DNA of 64,000 nucleotides, from positions 61,585,942 through 61,649,941 of the forward strand of contig JASCQW010000032.1 of assembly GCA_030264375.1 (NCBI GenBank). The letters run 5' to 3'. Positions 23,580 to 35,400 of the stretch are shown piece after piece. A program made the translations under genes and the position numbers. The notes beneath the pieces are model-generated. The model was given only the letters and a program-made list of their open reading frames with translations, had not been told where the DNA came from and did not search any database. This stretch comes from Carcharhinus longimanus. Lineage: Eukaryota. How positions within the stretch are numbered: the first letter of the stretch is position 1; every line of letters starts with the position of its first letter.

Positions 23580-23828
23580 TGATTAAGTTGATTGGCCAAG
23601 CTAAATTCACCCTTAGGCCAGAATTTTACCAGCACGCCTCTGAGAATGGCACTCTCTGTTGGCCTCAGGCGGGATCATACAAACCCCAGGCGGACATGCC
23701 AGTAAAATTCCATCCTTAATGTCAAGGCGATTAGTGGGATAAAAGCCTGTGTTGATGAGGATAGGGCCTGGGTGGGATTGTTGTCAGTGCAGGCTCAATG
23801 ACCTCCTTCTGCACTGTAGAAATTCTAG
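23580..23828 (+). mobile_element. HE1-type SINE 3' half, interrupted by a MITE
   Basis: gattggccaagctaaattcaccctta [MITE] ttaatgtc...gggcctgggtgggattgttgtc...ctgcactgtagaattcta. Confidence 0.8.
23616..23715. mobile_element. 100-bp PIF/Harbinger MITE with TTA TSD
   Basis: TIRs GGCCAGAATTTTACCAGCA / TGCCAGTAAAATTCCATCC (14 of 19 match). TTA on both sides (23613-15 and 23716-18). The host HE1 carries a single tta here. Confidence 0.8.
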
Positions 23829-24904
23829 GAGTTGCATTCTGGTAATTGTGGCCTAACAAATCTAAAATACATATTTTATCTTTGTCAGTATTTTTTGTGT
23901 ATTAGGAAGAGAAGAATTGTTCCTCCAAGCCTAGCAAGGAGTCCTCGAGCAGTACTAGTTCCATCTCCTTGTCTCTCCCACCACTAGCAACTCTTTGAAG
24001 ACCTGGTTCCCAGCACTAACCTTAGACTCAGGGTTACTCCTTCCCAATTCTGTCAGCCAGTTGACCAATCCAGTGGTGATACATTTAAACAAGGCCTTGG
24101 ATTAAGAATTGACAAGAAATTCTTGGGAAAGTTCCAATCGCCTCACACTCTGCCTTGCCCCGGTAAAGATCATATGTGCAAAATGACAAGTACAACTGAA
24201 AATCTGGCTAAAATTCAATGTGGTGCTTTACTTTGTGAGTCAGACATGGGATTCTCGAAAAACACGTCATCTGTTATGATGTAGGTCTGGATAGGTTAGG
24301 GTACCTTCGGAATCTAGGATTTGATCCAGCCCTGAGTGAAAGGATGGAAATCTGTTCTGAGGCTATTAACTGAAATTGGGCTCAACCAGATTTCTAGAAA
24401 GCAGAACAGCACAAGAAATAGAATCCCGAGAATTTGGCATTCAGTGACAAAATTGACTACGTTGGCAGTCTCACAGAGCACATAGGCTGATGTGTGAAAT
24501 TGAAATCGCATGAAGGCACAATATGTGTTCCTCTGTTGGGGATGATTTAAACATTGCAGAGGTAGATTCATTTTTCACATGACCTGCACAGTACCTGACA
24601 CTGAGAGTACTTAATACCGAGCAAAAATTAAAACACCGTCCAGCAATTGGATTTTCAACTACTCTATAATTCTGTGATGTTTTAGATTTTTAATTCTTTA
24701 TGGATATGGGTTCCCACTACAGATCACACAAATCTGAGTCAGTTCCTGATTTCCTAACACATATTGATGTACAGAAGTGTCAAATGAGTTTGAATGCAAG
24801 AAGGATGCATAATTTCTGAATAGCTGTTACACACATTTTAGTGAGTAGTTTTTGGACGTGTTGGTGTGAGTTTGTGGGGCCAGATACCATCAAAATCTTA
24901 GGAC

Positions 24905-25002
24905 CATAGAATCCTTGCAGTGCAGAGGGAGGCCATTTGCATCGACTCTTTGATAGAGGGTCCCACCCATGTACTTTCCTGTAACCCCTTGTATTTACCC
25001 CA
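24905..25002 (-). mobile_element. HE1/CR1 tail fragment
   Basis: catagaatccttgcagtgcagagggaggccatt. Confidence 0.65.
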
Positions 25003-25039
25003 CTGGAGAAGCAGACCCACCTTGTAGAAGCAGACCGTG

Positions 25040-25418
25040 GCCGTTATTTTACGACCTCTCTCAGATGAGGCTCATAAAATCCTGCCCGAGGCCAACGGTG
25101 AGTTCCATTCTGCAAGCCGCCCAGATTTCAGAGCGGGCTTGGTGGTAAAATTCCAGCAAGTGTCTTCCATGCATGCTTGTGAATAAAGGGCAGGAATTTC
25201 CCGCTCTGCCCACCACGGGAATCGTAACGAGTGGGACAGAAAATTCGGTGGACCAGGTCCATTGAGCGCGACTGGAAAATCGCTCNNNNNNNNNNNNNNN
25301 NNNNNNNNNNNNNNNNNNNNNNNNNNNNNNNNNNNNNNNNNNNNNNNNNNNNNNNNNNNNNNNNNNNNNNNNNNNNNNNNNNNNNAGGTCCATTGAGCGC
25401 GACTGGAAAATCGCTCCC
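25040..25418. mobile_element. Two adjacent Harbinger-type MITEs
   Basis: gccgttattttac...gtaaaattccagc, then gggcaggaatttcc...ggaaaatcgctccc. The second spans a gap with duplicated flanks. Confidence 0.5.
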
Positions 25419-25691
25419 CTGCCCCCCAAAGCCTCTGTTACTGTGATTTACAGGTTTGAGTGGTTTCAATCTTTTACCACAACAATAGAAAAGGTAGAAA
25501 CTGTCTATTCAGGAAGGAATATAGTGGAATGTTTTTGGGACATGTTCAACCTCATGAAAACGTGTAAATATTTCATTTTCAGGATGAAGACATTTCCAGA
25601 AAGATCAAAGATTTTTCTCCGCTTAATAAGCAAAAATTCATTTATTGACATTTTCTGTTCTTCTCAGTGTAGCTGGCAACTTCCAACACTC

Positions 25692-26277
25692 AAAGAACAA
25701 AGGATAGTACAGCACAGGATGAGGCTCTTCGGCCCTCCAAGCCTGTGCCGATCACCTTGTCCTATTTTGACCAACTGCCTGTATTTCTCTTTTCCCTATC
25801 TCTTCATTGTCAATCCAGATAAGTCTTAAATGTCGCTAATGTGTCTGCCTCAACCATTTCACTTGGCAATGCATTCCAGGCCCCCACCACTCTCTGTGTA
25901 AAAAACTTCCCCTGCACATCTCCACTGAACCTTCCCCCCCACCGCCGTCTTGAACTGCCCTGGGGAAAATGCTTTCAACTGTTCACCCTCTCTATACCCC
26001 TTATCATTTTATAAACTTCTATCAGGTCACCCATCAGTCTCCGTCTTTCCACGGAGAACAGTTTATGTAATCTCTCCTCATAGTTAGTACCCTCCATGTG
26101 ATATGTATATGTAATATTACCCTCCTACAGACAGCTATGTAAATACCCTCCATACCAGGCAACATCCTGGTAAACCTTTTCTGTACTCTCTCTAAAGCCT
26201 CCACAACCTTCTGGTTGTGTGGCAAATGGAATTGGACATGTTAGTATTCCAAATGTGGCCTGACCAACGTTTTATAT
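25692..26277 (-). mobile_element. CR1/HER1 LINE 3' fragment
   Basis: QKVVEALERVQKRFTRMLPGMEG; tail aaagaacaaagga. Confidence 0.9.
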
Positions 26278-27454
26278 CAGAATAATATACTCAGAATAAA
26301 GCTAGTCCATGAATCGCTAAATTAGCATAATGGGTTTCTAGTGCATCTTTCTATTAATATTTGGAATACCCATGATGCACTTCACAGAGGTATATTTTGT
26401 GCAAAAGCTTAAAACTTGAATGAACACTTTTTTTATAAAGGGATATAACAACTGTTTGCAGCTAGGGGATAGCATCTATAATGAGAATAGATGTTGTACT
26501 GATTTGGCGAGGAGCACAGCAAGAATTGGAGAAACTATAGTAGGATGTTAAAGATCAAGCTGAAGATTTCCTGAGGCTTATTGCACACTCCATCAGCGCT
26601 ACTTCAGCAGGTGATGAATAATTCTGCATTGGAGCTTTTGCATACAGAGGAACAGAGCTCCAGGTTACAAAACTCGAGCAGAGATTTCTCCAGAAAAGAG
26701 AAGCTTCTGCCGAAATTAATGTCCAAGTCAAAGACACTCTACATTGAAAGACAAAATGGGTGACATGTGTAACATAAGCACGGTCTAATGCTAGCTAAAG
26801 GGTTATCTGGGAGACATTTCAGGCATTATGAGGCTTAGACAGCAAGTGTGGAGCAACATTAAAGAATGTCAGGATGCTGCTTTATATTGCTAAATCTGTA
26901 AAATATAAGCCAGGGAACTGAATGCTAAAACCACAATGCTCTAGTCAGACCAAACACTGAGCACCAAATCCAGCTTTGCTCACTGACATGGAAAAGATGA
27001 TATTTAAAATGGTACAAGGAGTAACAAGGTAGACATCTTGGGCAGAATGATCCCAAAATTGCACAGAGTGTTGAATGAAGCGAGGAAAGCTGTGTCAAAC
27101 TTGGCAGCTTCACAGCCGCTATTTCTCACCTGAATGAACAGCCCTCCTACAGATAGCTATAACCCTCCGTGCAACGTCAGGGTGCTGGTAAGGGTCACAC
27201 AGCCAGTTGAATGGGCAGCACCTAAACACGTTGGTAACACATGGAATCTGAGATTGGGGTATCGTTTTTAAAGGGCAACCCCATCTCAAAGTTTAATTAA
27301 AGGATGCCCCCTGCCATGGACATCAGGATGCTCCCTCCCCCAGGTAGATAAGAGGACCACAAGTAGAACCCACCTCACCCTCCAGCATGCAAAAGGAGAA
27401 CTCCCTCCCAACTGACGGAGGAGGATAACTCAACCTGCCACTGCCCCTTGGCAT

Positions 27455-27925
27455 TTTTAAAATTCATTTACAAGATGTGAGCATGAATGAAGGGAATAAC
27501 AGGATTTTGACCCAATAACAGTGAAGGATACATTTCCAAATCAAGATGGTGAGTGGCTTATGAGGGAACCTCAGGTGGTGATGTTCCCCGGTATCTGCTG
27601 CTCTTGTCCTTCTAGGTGGTAGTGGTCATGTGTTTGGAAGGTGCTACCTAAGACATCTTGGTGAATTCCAGTAGTGCATCTTGTAGGTGGTGCACATGCT
27701 ACCACTTTCTTCGATGGAAGAGGGATTGAAAGTTTCTGAAATGGATAGCAATCAAGTGGGCTGCTTTGCCCTGGATAGTATTGAGCTTCTTGAGTTTGTT
27801 GGAGCTGCACTCATCCAGACAAGTGGAGAGTATTCGATCACACTCCTGTCTTGTGCCTTTAGGTGGTGGACAGGCTTTGTGGGGGGAGGGGGGTCAGGGG
27901 GTGAGTTATCGGCTGCAGGGTTCCT
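27455..27925 (-). mobile_element. Family-B CR1-superfamily LINE 3' fragment
   Basis: Minus strand KAQDRSVIEYSPLVWMSAAPTNSRSSILSRAK, homologous to 57815-58265. Confidence 0.8.
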
Positions 27926-27937
27926 AACCCCCTACCA

Positions 27938-28245
27938 GCAGTGGTATAGTGGTTAGCACTGCTGCCTCACAATGCCTGGGACCCTGGTTCGATTCCCGGT
28001 TTGGGTCCCTGCCTGTTCGGAGTCTGCATGTTCTCTTTGTGTCAGTGTGAGTTTCATCTGGATGCTCCAGTTTCTCCCACAGTCCGAAAGATGTGCTGGT
28101 TAGGTGCACTGGCCATGCTAAATTCTCCCCCAGTGTACCCAAACAGTCACCAGAGTATGGTGACTAGGGGACTTTCACAGTAACCTTGTAGCACTGTTAA
28201 TTTAAGCTTACTTGTGACACTAATAAGTAAAAGTAAACTAAAAAA
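27938..28245 (+). mobile_element. HE1-headed SINE with alternative (Rex1/Babar-like) tail
   Basis: HE1 head and body up to ggccatgctaaattc, then cagtgtaccc...tttcacagta...tacttgtgacactaataa in place of the CR1 tail. Confidence 0.85.
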
Positions 28246-28974
28246 GTGATCCCCTTGCATTGTCTCTGCCAGTGCACCATGACAATGACAGGGGCACTTC
28301 CATGGGGTACTGCCAGGATGCCAGAGTGCTGGGGGCATGTCCTTCAACCCCTGAGGGCATCTCCATGTCCCCCAGCGTAGTCACCACAACTGCTTTCCAT
28401 TTTGGAAGACAAGGAGTGATTCGCGCCAGTATGATATTACAGTGCTAGATGTGGTGGGGGGATGGGGGAAACAATTGTGTATCTATCTTGGGTGGACATT
28501 ATGATGTCAAGTCCAGTAATTATATTTAATACATTAAAATATATGGAAATCAGGTTCATATTCTTTCTGAGTGTGAACCTTATTTCATCACCAGTGAAGG
28601 GTGGTGAAAATTCAAACTGAGATCTCAAGACACAAAGCCCATTTTTGGTCGCTCACATGATTTAAGGCCAATTACGAGATTCGTACCCAAGCTCAATGGA
28701 GCCGAATGATTCTGCACCTTGTGTCAAAGACTAAATAGATTGGAAAGACCGAAGAAACTTAAACTGTTTAGTCTGAAAGGAGATGGCTGAGAAGCTTCTT
28801 CAGAAGGTTAAATTCAAAGCATTATTACAGAAAATGCCATGAAAGTCTGGCTTTAAAAGGAATTGAGTTAAAAGGGAAAGGTAACACAAAGATGACAAGG
28901 GCGTTGAAACAGAAATACAAGGGAATGCAGCCATAAGCTTGGCAAGCTCTAATAAAAAATAAGATGGCTACTTA

Positions 28975-29139
28975 TACGTGGTGTATATGGATTTTAGCAA
29001 AGCATTTGATAAGGTTCCCCTTGGTAGGCTATTGCAGAAAATGCAGATGCATGGGATTGAGAGTGATTTAGCAGTTTGGATCAGGAATTGGCTAGCTGAT
29101 AGAAGACAGAGGGTGGTGGTTGATGGGAAATATTCAACC
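28975..29139 (+). mobile_element. CR1 RT domain fragment (young), runs into gap
   Basis: VVYMDFSKAFDKVPLGRLLQKMQMHGIESDLAVWIRNWLADRRQRVVVDG. Confidence 0.95.
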
Positions 29140-30129
29140 NNNNNNNNNNNNNNNNNNNNNNNNNNNNNNNNNNNNNNNNNNNNNNNNNNNNNNNNNNNNN
29201 NNNNNNNNNNNNNNNNNNNNNNNNNNNNNNNNNNNNNNNTAACCAATCAAAAACTAACACCAATAAACACAGAATAGCTAAAAAGCAGAACCAAGCAGAT
29301 AAAACTTATAAAAAGCAATGCACAGGGATTTGAAGTACTGAAGCTGCTGTCTGAGCATTTGAGTGTCATTCCACAGCTGGAACAGATGGGGAAACACATT
29401 CAGAATCAAACCAGGTTAGCAGTCTACTTGCAGCATGTGGGGATTCAATCGCAGGGCACTAGCACTCCACATTACATCACAGTTTGTCTAGTTATCAAAC
29501 TCATTGTACAGTCCCTGCAACCCAGCAGGGTTATGCAAAATGCAGCACACAAAAAAAACTGCAGAGATTCTCTAAAGGGTCCATTGTAGATTCCCCTAAA
29601 AAGGCTTACAATAAAGACTTGAAACTCATGCTTCCAACTGGGCAGGAAGTGGCTGTGACAATCAAGGTGACCCTAGCCACTCATATTGTTTGTTTTGTGC
29701 TTATCCCAGGTTGAAGGAGGTGACATCAATCATTTAAGTCAGCTTTTTTCCCCAAGCCTACATCAATGTGCTCTTTTCCAGGCTACCAATTGCATTACAT
29801 TTCCAATGGATGCCAGCAGTCAGCAGGAGAAGTTGGTGGATTTTCTGTCATAACCAGCTTTTGCAGTCAACAGACCTTTTGGGGGAATGTAGCCTCCTGA
29901 TGCACTGATCCTTGGAAAACTGTAGTTAAGTGGCTCTGAACTTATAAATACCAAGAGCTCTGAAAAAGTACATGTGAAGATAACTCAAGAATAGTCTGCT
30001 GAAAATCCGTTTGCATTTACTTGTGGTTCCTTGCCCTGCTGCTGTTCTTATTAATCCTCTTCTCCCCCCCACTCCACCCCAACAATAAGTTAAAATTAAA
30101 ATGTCGCTGGTGTATGAACTCCTGGTAAA

Positions 30130-30290
30130 CTTCACAGTGCAGAAGAGTCCCTTCGGCCCATTGAGTCTGCACGATGCATGAAAGGCCCTGACCTGCCCAG
30201 CTAATCCCACTTGCCAGCACTTGGACCATAGCCTTGAATGTTATGGCACAGCGAGTACTCATCCGAGTACTTTGTAAAGGATGTGAAGCA
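30130..30290 (-). mobile_element. CR1 LINE tail fragment
   Basis: cagtgcagaagagtcccttcggcccattgagtctgc...catagccttgaatgttatg...catccgagtacttt. Confidence 0.7.
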
Positions 30291-30550
30291 TTTTCTATGC
30301 TATTTTGGCCAAGACATAAAATTATGCTCAAAGGCTTCTCAAATACTTCTTCTAGGATAAAGGAGCAGGAATGTTAAGCAGATTTTTTTTAAATGTTAGC
30401 ACCCATGTTGTAATTCCAAGTCCTTCGAAATGGGTTCAGAAAGCAGTGCAAAAATAAATCCTGGGGAAGTTTGACGCAATAAAGCATAGTCTACTAATTT
30501 GATATTATCCTCCTTAAAACACACCATTGATTCCACTCATAACAACTTAG

Positions 30551-31129
30551 GGGTTGCACGGTGGCACAGTAGTTAGCACTGCTGCCTCACAGCGCCAGGC
30601 ATCTGGGTTTGATTCCCGGCTTGGGGCACTGTCTGTGCGAAGTCTGCACGTTCTCCCCGTGTCTGCGTGGGTTTCCTNNNNNNNNNNNNNNNNNNNNNNN
30701 NNNNNNNNNNNNNNNNNNNNNNNNNNNNNNNNNNNNNNNNNNNNNNNNNNNNNNNNNNNNNNNNNNNNNNNNNNNNNCTCTGGGGGCTCTAGTTTCCTCC
30801 CACAGTCAGTAGTCTCTCAACACCAGGTTAAAGTCCAACAGGTTTATTTGTTAGCACGAGCTTTCAGATGCTCGTGCTACCAAATAAACCTGTTGGACTT
30901 TAACCTGGTGTTGTGAGACTACTTATTATGTCTGCCACAGTCCAACACCGGCAACTCCACATCCTGCCTCCCACAGTCCGAAAGACATGTTGGTTAGGTG
31001 CATTGGCCATGCTAAATCCTTCCTCAGTGTACCCAAGCAGGCGCTGGAATGTGGCGACTACGGGATTTTCACAGTAGCTTCATTGCAATTTAATGTAAGC
31101 CTTACTTGTAACACTATTAAATAAACTTT
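30551..31129 (+). mobile_element. HE1-headed SINE with alternative tail, second copy (contains gap and Penelope-like insert)
   Basis: gcacggtggcacagtagttagcactg...; tail cagtgtaccc...ttttcacagtagcttcattgc...tacttgtaacactattaaataaac. Confidence 0.85.
30808..30966 (+). mobile_element. Palindromic mini-Penelope insertion
   Basis: 54-bp inverted arms (30808-30861 and 30870-30923, 52 of 54 match), 8-nt spacer, end cagtccaacaccggcaactccacatc, 12-bp TSD CCTCCCACAGTC (30796-807 and 30967-978). Confidence 0.85.
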
Positions 31130-31284
31130 AAAGATGATTTCAGCCGTGGTGGGGTGTTTGAAGTCTTTACAGCAGTCCTGTATTCACAGAGAAAATGTTT
31201 TTTGAGTCCAAGCAATACTGCAGTTTCTATTAATAGAAATAACTATATTGAGAAAATTGTTCTCCATTCCACAAGGGGAACATG

Positions 31285-32110
31285 CCAAAACCTGACAAGC
31301 ACGCATAAATAATCATAATTAAGGAGTTAAGGTAAAGACTTGTGGGGCTCATCTGTCATTAATGGTCAATTAGGATTATGCCTGTCAAATGGTGGAGGTT
31401 TGAGATTGAGAAATTACGTAAGTGCACAGCCTCTTCCCATACCACTCAATCGAGCTTCAAAAGAAAGTTGAGCAATGGTATTTGATTAACTTTACACTGT
31501 TGCTAATTGTGAAGCGTAGCCCTGTGCCTGCACCGCCTGTTTTTACTTCTGCTAATTTATTAAACCACGCGATGACACTTAAAAACATTTCATCATATAA
31601 TTATGCCTCGGTTACTATGAGAGGCCGCGTTTATACATTTTGTAGCAAGTTAAAATATAATATATTTATTGAAAAGCAACTGATTAACCTTTATTTCTCT
31701 TTTTAGAACCCTGCACAGATTTGATGGGTTATTAGTTTTTACCAAAGAGAAGTCATTAACTGTTTGAAAGAAATAGACAGTACATCCTGATTACTACAAT
31801 TCTGAGGGTGGATCCTATGTTAATTACCAAGAGCAGTTTAGTATTTACAGATATTTAAATTTATCCCTCATTTTAAGCCTCCGCAGCCACAAGATGGAAA
31901 AATATTTACGCAGTTTGATTAGTCACAGCCATAAGATTGACATATTCCGACAGGAGGAAGCACCATTGATTTCAATTAGACATTACTGTTTGTGTTATTA
32001 GCATCTGAATGCATCATGTTTGGATGTCATTCCTTTGTCCGTGAATTTAACTAAGGCCTTAACCTTATTAAAATAAATATGCTAATACTATCATTAAAAT
32101 AACAAGCACA
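31285..32110. promoter_or_regulatory. Candidate long conserved non-coding element or developmental enhancer
   Basis: About 800 bp free of repeats, dense in TAAT/ATTA, TGACA/TGTCA, TGATTAA and CATTGA motifs, with CpGs retained in AT-rich context. Confidence 0.5.
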
Positions 32111-33167
32111 TATGACAAAATGAAATGAAGGATTCCCATGGTAATGCAACAAAGAACAATTTCTACATAATGATTCTCCTACAGCTTAATAAATATCACA
32201 GTATTCTGAGCACCTCCAAACAAATATCAGGGCGTGTGTCTCAGATGCTATATTAAGCAATGAATGTTAAATTGAGAGATTGTGTATCTATCTGGTTTCT
32301 CCTCCCTTCCTTCTTAATTAATTGAGCGTCTTTTGGAATATTGCAGTCCAAAGCCCAATTCCTGAATCCAAAGAGCTAATTTTAATTCATTTTATTTTAA
32401 TACTGTAACTGCTTGGCTCCCAATGTTAGTCTATCTCAAGTCCCATTATTTTCTCATCTGCCTTTTTTTTACTTGCACTAAATTCTTCCCTTTGATGTAT
32501 TTGAACCACTGCTATTTTATCTCCTTCTCCCACTGTGAAAACAGGTGAAAAGTGTTTATTTAACAACTCTGTCATTTACATATTATCCATTGTACTATAT
32601 TGTCTATTGAATCCATTTTTAATTTACCACTCTTTTCTTTAAATACATTTATTTTTGCAGTTGGATACAATAGCTCTTGTAACGTTATTATACCTCTTAT
32701 TAATTTCTTAATATCCTTCCCCATTTAACAGCATGTACAGGTTTTGGTTCACACCAAATAGTTCTCCTTATTTGTCTCTAGTTTACCCATTGACAGTTTA
32801 ACCCAATTTACTGTGGCTAATTTATTTTGCATGCATTTGAAGTTTTTTTTTAACTTGGATATGATTTGGAACTGCCTATCAAGTCAAATATCAAATTGAA
32901 GGATACTTGCAATCTTTTTTAAGTGTATCTTCACACACATATGCTTTATTCCTTTGGGAATAGTGGGGAAGTGTTGGGCTAATTATCAGCCCATTGAACT
33001 GAGTCATGAATGCTCCGCTGTGACCAATATAAGACTGAAACCCAGACCTTCTAGCACAGAGGTACGGACACTGCAATTATGCTACAAGCCCCCATTATTT
33101 GTCATGAATGTGATATGTGCATATGTAGGCTTCCCGGGCAAAGTTTCATAAAGGAATAATATTTACA

Positions 33168-33969
33168 NNNNNNNNNNNNNNNNNNNNNNNNNNNNNNNNN
33201 NNNNNNNNNNNNNNNNNNNNNNNNNNNNNNNNNNNNNNNNNNNNNNNNNNNNNNNNNNNNNNNNNNNNNNNNNNNNNNNNNNNNNNNNNNNNNNNNNNNN
33301 NNNNNNNNNNNNNNNNNNNNNNNNNNNNNNNNNNNNNNNNNNNNNNNNNNNNNNNNNNNNNNNNNNNNNNNNNNNNNNNNNNNNNNNNNNNNNNNNNNNN
33401 NNNNNNNNNNNNNNNNNNNNNNNNNNNNNNNNNNNNNNNNNNNNNNNNNNNNNNNNNNNNNNNNNNNNNNNNNNNNNNNNNNNNNNNNNNNNNNNNNNNN
33501 NNNNNNNNNNNNNNNNNNNNNNNNNNNNNNNNNNNNNNNNNNNNNNNNNNNNNNNNNNNNNNNNNNNNNNNNNNNNNNNNNNNNNNNNNNNNNNNNNNNN
33601 NNNNNNNNNNNNNNNNNNNNNNNNNNNNNNNNNNNNNNNNNNNNNNNNNNNNNNNNNNNNNNNNNNNNNNNNNNNNNNNNNNNNNNNNNNNNNNNNNNNN
33701 NNNNNNNNNNNNNNNNNNNNNNNNNNNNNNNNNNNNNNNNNNNNNNNNNNNNNNNNNNNNNNNNNNNNNNNNNNNNNNNNNNNNNNNNNNNNNNNNNNNN
33801 NNNNNNNNNNNNNNNNNNNNNNNNNNNNNNNNNNNNNNNNNNNNNNNNNNNNNNNNNNNNNNNNNNNNNNNNNNNNNNNNNNNNNNNNNNNNNNNNNNNN
33901 NNNNNNNNNNNNNNNNNNNNNNNNNNNNNNNNNNNNNNNNNNNNNNNNNNNNNNNNNNNNNNNNNNNNN
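33168..33969. other. Assembly gap (802 N) flanked by an identical 28-mer
   Basis: aaagtttcataaaggaataatatttaca at 33140-33167 and 33970-33997. Confidence 0.95.
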
Positions 33970-34779
33970 AAAGTTTCATAAAGGAATAATATTTACACTT
34001 AAACGAGAGCTGACTCCATAAATCTCATCACCTAGAAGAAAAATGAAACTAGTACTTGGGAATAGCAAAAGAATCCTCGTGTTATTACGATATTCAAATT
34101 TGTTTCAGATACTCTTTTGGATTAAATGGTACTAGCCACTTCCATAAGTGGCCCCTGTACCTTAACGTCAGGAATGTATCCATAATGTTGAATATCTAAT
34201 CATACAATAACATCACCTAGAGGTCAGACAATAGCACCATTTTTATCAAACTGGATAATGCATTTCATGCATAATCTTATATTCATGCATTTCACTTCAC
34301 CAACTCTTTGTTGCAATCAGATTGAAAACATGTCATTGAGACAATGCACAACAATTCATCATGCATTCTTGGCTGACAACCCAGACATCCATTAGTTTGT
34401 TGAAACAGATAACTGATTTTTTTTCTTATATCTATTTTGTCAATTGCTCAAGGATTATTTGTACAAGATAAAGAGCTGTCTAGCGCTTATAATTTCTGCT
34501 ATTCATACTTTGATAGTCTGGCTGATTGACAGTTTTATAGGGTTATAGTAACAGCAGGAATTTAAAGAAATTTCCTATTTTTAATCTATTACACACATGC
34601 AATTGCTACAATAGAGTTCATTGGTTCTGTATCTACAGCATCTTTTTGAGACTTTCTGAGCACCATAATCATTGCAAGCTCAAAGATTGCTGTTATTCTA
34701 TCTGGCATAAATACCTGACATCATCTTACCAGTAAAACAATCCTAATCCTTATTTTGATCTCTAATATTCAAACCAACA

Positions 34780-35085
34780 AGGTAGCACAGTGGTTAGTAC
34801 TACTGCTTCATAGTGCCAGGGACCCAGATTCAATTCCAGCCTTGGGTAGTTGTGTATGTGGAGTTTGCACATTTGCTTCGCGTCACGTGTGTTTCTTCCG
34901 GGTGCTTCGGTATCCTCCCACAGTCCAAAGATGTACATGTCGGGTGGATTAGTCACGGTAAGTGTGCAGCATTATGCAGCTAGGGAAGAGGATGTGGGCC
35001 TGGGTAAGATGCTCTTTCGAACAGTCGATGCAGAATCAATAGGCCAAATAGCCTCCTTTTACACTATAGGGATTCAATGGTTCCA
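34780..35085 (+). mobile_element. HE1-type V-SINE, older variant
   Basis: ggtagcacagtggttagtac...ctcccacagtccaaagatg...ggccaaatagcctccttttacactatagggattc. Confidence 0.85.
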
Positions 35086-35301
35086 TGGTTTACTGCAAGG
35101 TAGACTTGAAAAGAGATCACATGATTCCCTTCATTTACCCTAAATTTAAAACTACCATCCAAAATTTAATAATCTTATAAACCCACAATCGTAACAAGTG
35201 ATAGTTACAATCAGACCTCACCTACTTCATTTAACTTCAGACAGCTTCCCTTGACTTAGGAAAATGATAAACCTGTTTGAGTTAATTAACACTAAATCAG
35301 A

Positions 35302-35400
35302 ACAATAACAGCTTGTAATAGTATACAATACATAAGACAGAAAGATGTCCCAAGGCAATCCAAAAAATCATAATCAGACAAACGTTGTTACCAATCCAAA
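35302..35400 (-). mobile_element. L2-type 3' end fragment
   Basis: aacagcttgtaatagtata...gatgtcccaaggc...taatcagacaaa, the reverse of an L2/DeuSINE-type tail. Confidence 0.4.

Noticed and set aside
26555-26763. Protein-looking frames on both strands
   Set aside because: Short, stops in all extended frames, no convincing splice sites and no recognisable domain.
30808-30923. Hairpin as a miRNA gene or CRISPR-like repeat
   Set aside because: The arms are multicopy Penelope-like ends with a TSD. There is no repeat-spacer periodicity anywhere in the window.
33146-33979. Long ORFs across 33168-33969, 51490-51846 and other N runs
   Set aside because: They are open only because N codons contain no stop.
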